This document shows, piece by piece, positions 45,694-53,923 of a stretch of DNA of 64,000 nucleotides (position 1 is the first letter of the stretch; the number at the start of each line of letters is the position of its first letter). A model generated the notes under the pieces. The model saw only the letters and a program-made list of their open reading frames with translations, had not been told where the DNA came from and ran no database searches. The stretch lies in NCBI GenBank assembly GCA_963696935.1, contig CAVOMB010000056.1, positions 3,331-67,330 on the forward strand, read 5' to 3'. Source of the DNA: an uncultured Thermoleophilia bacterium. Its GTDB lineage: Bacteria > Actinomycetota > Thermoleophilia > UBA2241. Position numbers and translations under genes: made by a program.

Positions 45694-47126
45694 CGGCTGC
45701 TCCTCTCTGCCTCGGCGAGCACGGCCTGTAGCCGGTCGCGGATCGTCTGGTCCAGCGCGAACGCGCGCGGCTCCTCGCGCAGCTCCTGCGCGCGTGCGGC
45801 CACTCGTTCCTTGAGCGTCGTCGCGCCCGCGGCCGCCCAGCGGTCGTGCGTGGCGCGGTCGAGCAACCGCGGCTGCCAGGTCTCGCGGTGGTGCTTGCGC
45901 GTGTAGCCTCGGCCCAGGTGACTGCCGCCGGGGCCGACCGCGTCGATCTCGTTCAGCGCCAGCGCCTCGTCATCGACACCCACCTCGACCAGCAGCGCTC
46001 GCGCGAACCCCACGAGCTCGTCGCCGAGGACGATGGTCTCGTAGCTGCTCTGCAGACCGCTCTCCAGATAACCGACGTCGTGCAGCAGCGTGGCGCGGCT
46101 GAGCGCGCCGAGCACCGCCGTCATCCCGGCCTCGGCAGCCCACTGCTCGTCGAAGTTCTTGGCGTCCGCGACCGCTGCGTAGGCGAAGCTCGGAAGCCCG
46201 TAGAAGCGCGCCAGGTCGGTGGCCGCGGCGTTGCCGAGGAAGTGCTCGGGCGCGCCGTACACGTCGACAGCCGTGCGCATGTCGAACGCCCCGCAGCCGA
46301 CACCGTAGACGAACGGCGCGCCGGTCCGGCGGAGCTGGTGCACGACGAGGCCGCTCAGCGTCTCGGCGTTGCCGACGACGATGGTCGCCGTCATGGAGGC
46401 CGGCGCCGTGGTGCCCATGGCCGGCGCCGGCGCGTAGATCAGCGGGATGTCCAGGTCGGCGCAGGCGAGGACCTTGTCCAGCGCCTCCTCGCTGTGGATG
46501 AGCGGCGGATTGGGCATGGCATAGCAGCCGAAGCTCCGCGCCTCGCCGCACATGGCCGCCATGTCCTTCATGCGGCGCAGAGCGACTCCGTCATGCGCCG
46601 TGGTCAGCAGCGGCTTGCGCGTGCCGGCCAGCATGGCCGCGAACTGGGCGAGGTCGCCGATCTCCGCCGGGACGTCGTCCGGCAGGCCCATGCTCATCAC
46701 GAAGTCGAGGTTGGGCAGCTTCTCGGCCAAGGCGGCCATGCCCTCGACGTCGGTGGTGGTGCTCCGGCGGCGCTCGCCGGTGTCGGGGTCGGTGACGAAC
46801 ACACAGTCCGATCCCGTGCCGAAGTAGTTGCGACCGTCCGCCAGCTCGAGCCCGCCGAGCTCGCCGCGGCGTGCGTGGCCCTCGCCGCCCGTGGCGCCGC
46901 GCTCCTTGAGCTTGAAGTGGCGCGGCGCGCCCTGCAGGGCGGCGTCCACCAAGGCCGCCGGGATGCGGGCGCGCGTCCCTTCGACGCGCGCGCCCGCCTC
47001 CGCCAGCAGCTCGCGACTGCCGGCGTGGCGGACCTCCACGCCGGTCTCCTCGAGCAGCGCGAGCGTCGCCTGGTGCACGCGCCAGCAGGCGGCGTCGTCC
47101 CAGACGATGAGGCGAGCGGCGGGCAT
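45690..47126 (-). CDS. MttB-superfamily methyltransferase, non-Pyl (type with YFGTGSD / LPNLDFVMSMGLP)
   Basis: 478 aa, full-length family architecture. Val at the position aligned with the TAG of 51799-53268 (...SFAYAAVADAKNFDEQ...). Confidence 0.85.
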   Translation of the reverse strand: MPAARLIVWDDAACWRVHQATLALLEETGVEVRHAGSRELLAEAGARVEGTRARIPAALVDAALQGAPRHFKLKERGATGGEGHARRGELGGLELADGRNYFGTGSDCVFVTDPDTGERRRSTTTDVEGMAALAEKLPNLDFVMSMGLPDDVPAEIGDLAQFAAMLAGTRKPLLTTAHDGVALRRMKDMAAMCGEARSFGCYAMPNPPLIHSEEALDKVLACADLDIPLIYAPAPAMGTTAPASMTATIVVGNAETLSGLVVHQLRRTGAPFVYGVGCGAFDMRTAVDVYGAPEHFLGNAAATDLARFYGLPSFAYAAVADAKNFDEQWAAEAGMTAVLGALSRATLLHDVGYLESGLQSSYETIVLGDELVGFARALLVEVGVDDEALALNEIDAVGPGGSHLGRGYTRKHHRETWQPRLLDRATHDRWAAAGATTLKERVAARAQELREEPRAFALDQTIRDRLQAVLAEAERSSR

Positions 47127-47148
47127 GGGCGGGTCCGGCGGCAGGCCC

Positions 47149-48615
47149 TCAGGCCCCCGCCATCTCCTTGTCGGCGCGCTCGACGATCGCGCGCAGCTCC
47201 GCGACGACGTCGTCCGGCAGCGGCTCGGGCTTGTAGTTCGCCAGGATGTCGTCGGCGATCTCCGTCGCCTTCTCCAGGGCGCCCTTCTTACCCTCGCGCA
47301 GCCAGATGTCGTAGGGGGTGCGGTCCCAGACGCTCGGGCGCCAGATCTCCTTCATGTGCCGGCGCGTGTGCTTCTGCGACAGGTACGTGCCGTTCGGACC
47401 GACGCTCTTGATCACGTCGAGCGCTAGCGTCTCGTCGTCCACTTCGATGCCGCCGGCGACCTTCTGGACGATGCCGTAGATCTCGGTCTCCATGACCATG
47501 TGCGGGTAGCTGAGGATCTTGGAGCCGTTCAGCAGCCCGGCGCCGTTCATCATGTCCGCGTTGGTCATCACGCTGGCGAAGGTGCTGAGCGAATCGTCGA
47601 TAGCCGCCTGCCAGTCGGGCTCCTTGGCGCCGGTGGCCATGGTGCCCATCGCCATCGGCACGCCGTAGAAATGGGCCAGCTGGGTGGACGCGCCGGCGAG
47701 CAGGTAATCCTCGGGCGAGCCGCCGGTGTAGCCGCCGGTCTTGAGGTCGATGACGCTCGGAGCGCCGGCGAAGAAGGCCGGCACGCCGGGAAAAGCCAGC
47801 TCGAGAAGCACGACGCCACTGAGGGCCTCGGCGTTCTGGACGACAAGGTTGCCGGCGAGCGTCGCCGGGCCGGTGCCGGCCGCGAGCGGCATGGGCATGA
47901 AGCCGCTCGCGAGCCCGTGCTCGGCGGCCACGAGGTTGGCCTCGAGGTTCGGGCCGTCGTGCGCGAGCGGGTCCACGGCGCACTGCATGAAGCTGAGGAT
48001 CGGCCGCTCGCGCAGCTTCTCCGCACCGCCGACGATGGCGGCCGCCATCTCGACGAGATAGCGTGCGGGCTTCTCGCCGACGGTGGTCACCGTCTGGAAG
48101 TGCTTGCTGGTGTTGGTGAACACTGCCTCGGCGTCGTGCAGCGCCTTGGTGGCCGACGGCACGTCCTGGCTGGTGACCACCGGGCCCCAGTAGTAGCTGA
48201 TGCTGGGCAGCGCGTCGACGAAGCGGGCGCTGGTCGCCGCGTCGGCCTTGGTGCTCGGCCGCTTCTCGCCCGTCTTGTGGTCGAAGACGAACACGCCGGA
48301 GCCGTCATTGCTCAGATAGCAGTGCTTGCCGTCGATGAGCATGTCGCAGGCGGGGTCGCGGCCGGCAAGCACGTAGCTGTCCGGCACCTGGGAGACGGCC
48401 TCCATGACGATCGCCCGCGGCATCCTGGCGGCCTGCGTGGCGCGGTCGACCTCGCAACCGCTCTTCTCGAGCACCTCGAGGGCGCGCGCACTGGGGAAGC
48501 GCACGCCGACCGTCTCCAGCACGTCGAGGGTGGCCTCGTGGATGCGCTCGAGCTCGCTGGCGCTCAGTACGTCCCACCAGAGCTTGGGGGCGATGGGATT
48601 GATTCGGGATGTCAT
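47149..48615 (-). CDS. MttB-superfamily methyltransferase, non-Pyl (type with YLSNDGSGV)
   Basis: 488 aa. ...GTMATGAKEPDWQA... at the Pyl-aligned block. C-terminal YLSQKHTRRHMKEIWRPSVWDR. Confidence 0.85.
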   Translation of the reverse strand: MTSRINPIAPKLWWDVLSASELERIHEATLDVLETVGVRFPSARALEVLEKSGCEVDRATQAARMPRAIVMEAVSQVPDSYVLAGRDPACDMLIDGKHCYLSNDGSGVFVFDHKTGEKRPSTKADAATSARFVDALPSISYYWGPVVTSQDVPSATKALHDAEAVFTNTSKHFQTVTTVGEKPARYLVEMAAAIVGGAEKLRERPILSFMQCAVDPLAHDGPNLEANLVAAEHGLASGFMPMPLAAGTGPATLAGNLVVQNAEALSGVVLLELAFPGVPAFFAGAPSVIDLKTGGYTGGSPEDYLLAGASTQLAHFYGVPMAMGTMATGAKEPDWQAAIDDSLSTFASVMTNADMMNGAGLLNGSKILSYPHMVMETEIYGIVQKVAGGIEVDDETLALDVIKSVGPNGTYLSQKHTRRHMKEIWRPSVWDRTPYDIWLREGKKGALEKATEIADDILANYKPEPLPDDVVAELRAIVERADKEMAGA

Positions 48616-48799
48616 TGCGGCAACCTCGCAGGGGTCCGTCGACGACAGGTCAGGTGAAGTCGGGCAACGGGCGGGCGGGCGCGGTGATGCTCAGAGAGAG
48701 CCCGTCCGCGGGGAGCGGAAGGGCTTACAGGCCGCAGGAGCGGTTGATGGTGCTGATGCTGATTTTCGCTGCGTCCGGCACGGGCCGAATCCTATCACC

Positions 48800-48866
48800 G
48801 GCCTCGCGCGCGGAAAACCGCAGCGAGGCCGGCGGAGTGCGGCACGTGCAGCGGTTTTTGCCGCAC
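48800..48866 (-). other. Two adjacent 8-bp hairpins whose loops are complementary over 8 nt
   Basis: Hairpin 48800-48830 (GGCCTCGC/GCGAGGCC) and hairpin 48837-48866 (GTGCGGCA/TGCCGCAC). Loop segment 48814-48821 (AAAACCGC) is the exact complement of loop segment 48851-48858 (GCGGTTTT). Confidence 0.4.
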
Positions 48867-48867
48867 C

Positions 48868-50280
48868 TCACGTACCGGGACGGTGGGCCTCGACGTCCGC
48901 GAGGATAGCGTCGAGGCCCGTGCCCACGGCATCCGGCAGCTCGAAGGCGCGCGGCTCGGAGCGCAGCTCCGCGACCCGCGCCTGGAGCCGGTCGAGCAGC
49001 GTCTGCGCCCCGTCCGCCTGCCACGCGTCGTGGCGGGTCGTGTCGAAGAAGTCGCTCTGCCAGATGCTGCGGAAGTGCTTGCGTGTGTAGGGCCGGGCCA
49101 AGTGGTTGCCGCCCGGCCCCGCCGCCTTGATCTCGTCCAGGGCCAGCGCCTCGTCGTCCACGGGCAGCGGCGCCATGAACGCCTTGGCCCAGCCGAGCAG
49201 GTGGTCGCCGAACACGATCGACTCGTAGCTGCTCTGCAGGCCGCACTCGAGGTAGCCCACGTCGTGCAGCAGCGTGCCGCGGCTGAGCTTGCCGAGCATG
49301 GCGGTCAGCGCCGCCTCCGCACTCCACTGCTGGTCGAGCATCTTGCTGTCGGTGTGCGCCGCATAGGCGAAGCTGGGCAGGTCGTACCAGCGCGCGAGAT
49401 CGGTCTGGGCCTGGTGGCCGCGGAAGACGTCCGCCGACGAGTAGACCTCGTTCATCGTCTTCATGTTCATCGCGCCGACACCGACGCCCCAGACGAACGG
49501 CGCACCCGGCTTGACCGCCTGGCTCAGGACGAGGCCGGCGAGGACCTCGGCGTTGGCGACCACGATCACGGCGGCGACGCTGGCCGGCGCCGTGCTGCCC
49601 GCGTTCGGCGCCGGCGCCCAGACCACGGGGATGCCGAGCTCGGCGCAGGCGATCACCTTGCTGGCGCCGTCCTCGTCGAAGAGCAGCGGCGGCACGGGCA
49701 TCGCGTAGATGGCGAAGCTGTCGCGCTCGCCGGCCAGCGCCGCCATCTCCTGCAGCTTCGGCAGGATGTGGCCGTCGCGCGGCGCGACGATCAGCGGCTT
49801 GCGCGTGCCGCGCAGCATGGCGTCGACCTGGACGAGGTCGTCGACGGCCTGCGGCGCGTCCTCGGGCAGGCCCATGCTCATCACGAAATCAATGTTGGGC
49901 AGCTTCTCGCAGAGCGCCGCCATGCCCTCCACGTCGGCCCGCCGGACCCGGCGGCGCTGCCGGGTGTCAGGGTCGCGGACGTAGAGAACGTCCGACCCGG
50001 TGCCACAGTACGTGTGGCCGGCGTCGAGGACGATAGGCTCCGTGTCGCCGCCGCGCGGCTTGATCGTCCAGTCGCGCGGCGCGCTCTTGAGGGCCACCTC
50101 GACGAGGTCCGCCGGGATGCGCACACGCGTCCCGTCGATTTGCGCGCCGGCTGCGGAGAAGATCTCGACCGCCGGCGCGTAGTGCACGTCGATACCCGTC
50201 TCGACGAGCACCTCGAGCGTCGCCTCGTGCACGCGCCGGCAGGCGACGTCGTCCCAGATGGTCAGGCGAGCAGCGTCCAC
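48868..50280 (-). CDS. MttB-superfamily methyltransferase, non-Pyl (paralog of 45690-47126)
   Basis: 470 aa. GTG follows AAGGAG. YCGTGSD, LPNIDFVMSMGLP, ...SFAYAAHTDSKMLDQQ... Confidence 0.85.
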   Translation of the reverse strand: MDAARLTIWDDVACRRVHEATLEVLVETGIDVHYAPAVEIFSAAGAQIDGTRVRIPADLVEVALKSAPRDWTIKPRGGDTEPIVLDAGHTYCGTGSDVLYVRDPDTRQRRRVRRADVEGMAALCEKLPNIDFVMSMGLPEDAPQAVDDLVQVDAMLRGTRKPLIVAPRDGHILPKLQEMAALAGERDSFAIYAMPVPPLLFDEDGASKVIACAELGIPVVWAPAPNAGSTAPASVAAVIVVANAEVLAGLVLSQAVKPGAPFVWGVGVGAMNMKTMNEVYSSADVFRGHQAQTDLARWYDLPSFAYAAHTDSKMLDQQWSAEAALTAMLGKLSRGTLLHDVGYLECGLQSSYESIVFGDHLLGWAKAFMAPLPVDDEALALDEIKAAGPGGNHLARPYTRKHFRSIWQSDFFDTTRHDAWQADGAQTLLDRLQARVAELRSEPRAFELPDAVGTGLDAILADVEAHRPGT

Positions 50281-50398
50281 GAGCTTCTCCTTCGTTCGGC
50301 GCCGACGGAAGGCCGCTCGCCGGGCGCGTGATCGTCAACGGCCACCGTCGCCGCTGGCGACGGGTCTTTCGGGTCTTTCTTTGACGTCACGGGTACCG

Positions 50399-50770
50399 CT
50401 ATTCGTCGTCGCCCCCGGGGCCGCACACCGCTTCGGGTGCCTGCGGCGCCATCCCGACCTTGGCGCCGCGAAGCATGCCCACGAGCTCTACCCGGTTCAG
50501 CCCCTTGAACATCCAGCCGAGCCACCGGAACAGGTCCATCTCCGCGATGATGGCCCCCTGGATGGCCATCAACTGGGCGTCGTCGGAATGCCGCCATGTC
50601 GCCGGCAGGACCAGGGCCTCTTCCTGGGGCAGGTGCTGGAAGTACAGTGCGACCAGTTCGTTGAACCGGCAGTTCGCGTTTGCGCCCGCCTGGATGCGAA
50701 CCTCCCCATCCGCGACGCGCACCTGCCGGCGCGCGTCGTCCGCGACGTCCAGCAGCCCCACCGGTCCCAC
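50399..50770 (-). CDS. Hypothetical protein (about 120 aa)
   Basis: A GGAGGTG RBS is followed by alternative GTG starts at 50770/50761. High GC3. No confident motif. Confidence 0.4.
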   Translation of the reverse strand: MGPVGLLDVADDARRQVRVADGEVRIQAGANANCRFNELVALYFQHLPQEEALVLPATWRHSDDAQLMAIQGAIIAEMDLFRWLGWMFKGLNRVELVGMLRGAKVGMAPQAPEAVCGPGGDDE

Positions 50771-50863
50771 CTCCGTGTCGAGTCCCCCTTTTGAAGGGTT
50801 GTTCCTCGACGAAGGGCGGATCGGCGCGTCGTCGTTGCCGCCCCGGCCCGGGCGGGGGCGCGC

Positions 50864-51517
50864 TCAGATCCAGAAGCCCGGCGGCTCCGCGAGGTCCGGA
50901 TGCTCGCGCTCGAATGCGAGTGCGTCATCGAGTGTGCGCACCCAGTCGTAGTAGACGCCCTTGCAGTGGACGAGCTCGACGCCGAGGTCGCGGAGGCGGG
51001 CGAGGCCGTAGGCCTGTGCGCCCGCCGGAGAGTACACGGCATCCGCGGCCACGACGACGCGATAGCCGGCCTCGGCGAGGCCGACCGCCGAGTGGGTCAC
51101 GCACACATCGGTCTCGAAGCCGCAGAGCACGGCCGTCCTGCGGCCGGTCGCCGCGATCGCCGCCATGATGTCCGGGCAGGCGGCGGCGCCGAACACCGGC
51201 TTGGTGAAGATGGGCGCTCTCCGGTCGACGGCCAGCAGCACTCCCACCGCCGTCGGCCCGTTCCGCTCCGGGCTCTCCTCGGTGAGCACGACGGGCACGT
51301 CGAGAGCCATGGCCGCGCCGGCCAGCCAGGCGGCTCGCGCCACTGCTCTGCTCACCTCGGCGGCGTCGTCCTTGTCGAGCCTGTCGCTCCAGAACTTGGG
51401 CTGCAGGTCGATCACGACCAGAAGCGAGTCGTCACGGTCGATGAGGGGCACGGTCGCCTCCACGGCGTCGACGGGTTGCCGGGCGGCGGCCGCTGCGATG
51501 CGACCGCTGCCCGGCAC
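50864..51517 (-). CDS. Isochorismatase-family cysteine hydrolase (amidase type)
   Basis: D-K-C triad context: LLVVIDLQ, IFTKPVFGA, VLCGFETDVCVTHSA. The start is uncertain (GTG 51517 or 51463). The upstream part of the listed ORF looks non-coding. Confidence 0.7.
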   Translation of the reverse strand: MPGSGRIAAAAARQPVDAVEATVPLIDRDDSLLVVIDLQPKFWSDRLDKDDAAEVSRAVARAAWLAGAAMALDVPVVLTEESPERNGPTAVGVLLAVDRRAPIFTKPVFGAAACPDIMAAIAATGRRTAVLCGFETDVCVTHSAVGLAEAGYRVVVAADAVYSPAGAQAYGLARLRDLGVELVHCKGVYYDWVRTLDDALAFEREHPDLAEPPGFWI

Positions 51518-51798
51518 GATATCACCGCCGCCGTCCGGGCCGGCGTGTGGCCCCGAGACCCGCCAACTTGGGCGAACTTCGCAGATGCATCGGACCGCCC
51601 GCGACGGACTGCTCGGCGAAGTTGGACGCTCGAGCCGGCCACGCTTTACTCGCGCGCGCCCCGCCGATACCCTCGGTCTCTGCGAGCGGCGGGGCGCTCC
51701 CCGCGACCACGCCTGTGAGGCCGGGCGGCTCTTGACGGCTTCGCCTCGCCCGTCGTCTCGCCGGCCGTGACTCATCGCGTGGCAGCGGAGGTGCTCCA

Positions 51799-53268
51799 GT
51801 GAAGCGAAACCTGCACGCCGGGCGGCCCAGCTCGGGCGGGCTCAGCCTGAACGTGTTCACGGAGGCTGAGCTCAACGACGTCCACCTCGGCTCGCTCGAG
51901 ATCCTCGAACGCACCGGGATGTGGGTCGAGGCCGACGATGCGCTCGACATCTTCAGCGATGGTGGCTGCATCGTGGACCGCGAGACGCGCATGGTCCGCA
52001 TCCCGCCACACCTGGTGGAGGAGGCAATCCGATCCGCTCCACCCAAGAGCTTCCTGAACGGGCGAGACCCCGACCAGGACATCGTGCTCGAGGCCGGGCG
52101 CGTCTACGTCTCCAACTTCGACGAGGGCATCATGATCGTCGACGCGCGTACCGGCGAGTACCGCCACCCCGTGCTGGAGGATGTGCACGAGGCGGCTCGC
52201 CTGGTCGACGCCCTCAGCGACATCGACACCTACGAGTCGGCGGTGCACCCGGGCGACGTCCCCGAGGAGACGGCGAGCCTCCGCAAGTGGTGGGCGGCGA
52301 CCCAGAACACGGGCAAGCCAGTCGGCACCGAGGCGACGAGCGCCTACGACTGTCGCAGACTGATCGAGATGGCCACGGTGGTCGCGGGCGGCGAGGATGA
52401 GTTCCGCCGCCGCCCGCTCATCGGCTTCGGCGTCTGCCCGGTGAGCCCGCTCAAGCTGCCGCGCGACGCCACCGAGGTGATCATCGAGTCGGCGCGCGCC
52501 TGGTGCCCGGACACGATCCTCAGCATGGCGATGTCCGGAGGATCCTCCCCAGTCACTCTCGCCGGCACGCTGGTGCTGCACAACGCCGAGGTGCTCAGCG
52601 GCATCGTGCTGGCGCAGCTCGTCGAGCGCGGCTGCCCCTGCACCTACGGGTCGTCCACGACGGCCATGGACCTGAAGCTGGCGGCGGCGTGTGTGGGCTC
52701 GCCGGAGCTCGCCCTCTTCTCCGCCGCCTGCGCCCAGATCGCCCGTCACTACCTGCTGCCAAGCTTCGTGGCCGGGTTGTAGAGCGATTCCAAGCTCGGT
52801 GACGCGCAGACCGGTCACGAGAAGACCCTCACCGGACTCCTTCCTGCGTTGGCAGGCGCCAACCAGATCTACGGTGCGGGGATGATCGAATCGGGCGTCA
52901 CCTTCGACCTTGGCCAGCTGGTCATGGACAACGAGATCGCGCGGATGATCAAGTTCGCCGTCGGCGGCATCGCGGTCACCGACGAGACCATGGCGATCGA
53001 CGACATCGCCAAGGTGGGCGCGTTCGGCGACTTCCTCTCGCTGGACGCCACGCTCAAGCACATGCGCGAGCTCAGTCAGCCGGCAGTGCTCGACCGCCGC
53101 GTGCGTGAGGACTGGGAGAGCAGAGGGGCGACCGACCTCGCCTCCCGCTCGCGCGCCCGGGCGCTGGAGCTTGTAGAGTCTCATCAGCCGGCGCCCGTCG
53201 ACCCCGACGTGGCCGAAGAGGTTCGCCACATCATTGCAGCGGCAGACCGTGAGAAAGGCGTGGCATGA
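51799..53268 (+). CDS. mttB: Trimethylamine:corrinoid methyltransferase MttB with an in-frame TAG (52780-52782) at the pyrrolysine position
   Basis: GTG 51799 follows GGAGGT. Listed ORFs 51799-52782 and 52849-53268 are in the same frame and separated only by one TAG. The merged product is 489 aa, with context ...HYLLPSFVAGL-TAG-SDSKLGDAQTGHEKT... The stop overlaps the mttC start (ATGA). Confidence 0.7.
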
Positions 53269-53891
53269 AAGACCAGCTCAAGCAGTCCATCATCGACGGC
53301 AACGAGGGCGTGGCCACGGCCATGACGTCCGCGCTGCTCGCTACCGGGGCCAGCCCCCGTGAGATCCTCGACGAGGGCCTGCTCCCCGGCATGGAGGTGG
53401 TGGGCGCGCGCATGCGCGAGGGCGAGTGCTTCATCCCCGAGGTGCTGCTCTCCGCCCGCGTCATGCAGGCCTGCCTCGACCTGCTGCGCCCGCACATGGC
53501 GGCCGGCGACTCGGCCGGCATGGGCACCGTCGTGATCGGCACCGTCGAGGGCGACCTGCACGACATCGGCAAGAACCTCGTGGGCATGCTCCTGCAGGGC
53601 GCCGGCTTCACGGTCGTCAACCTCGGCACCGGGGTGACCAGCGCCGACTTCGTCGCCGCGGTCAGAGAGCACTCCCCGCAGATCATCGGCATGAGCGCCC
53701 TGCTCACCACCACCCTGCCGCACATGAGCGAGACCATCGCCCTGCTCAAGGGCGCGGGCCTGCGGGACTCGGTCAAGGTGATGGTCGGCGGCGCCCCCGT
53801 GACCGCCGCCTACGCCGAGGAGATCGGCGCCGACGGCTACGGCGCCAACGCCGGCATGGCGGTGGAGCGGGCGAAGGAGTTGGTGGGGTAG
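53265..53891 (+). CDS. mttC: Corrinoid (cobalamin-binding) methyltransferase partner protein, MttC-like
   Basis: 208 aa. An N-terminal helical cap is followed by a B12-binding Rossmann domain with the DxHxxG motif (GDLHDIGKNLV) and ...IGMSALLTTT... It ends with tandem TAG TAG. Confidence 0.85.
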   Translation: MKDQLKQSIIDGNEGVATAMTSALLATGASPREILDEGLLPGMEVVGARMREGECFIPEVLLSARVMQACLDLLRPHMAAGDSAGMGTVVIGTVEGDLHDIGKNLVGMLLQGAGFTVVNLGTGVTSADFVAAVREHSPQIIGMSALLTTTLPHMSETIALLKGAGLRDSVKVMVGGAPVTAAYAEEIGADGYGANAGMAVERAKELVG

Positions 53892-53923
53892 TAGGCTCAC
53901 ACCGTCCAGTCCCGGGAGGGCTC

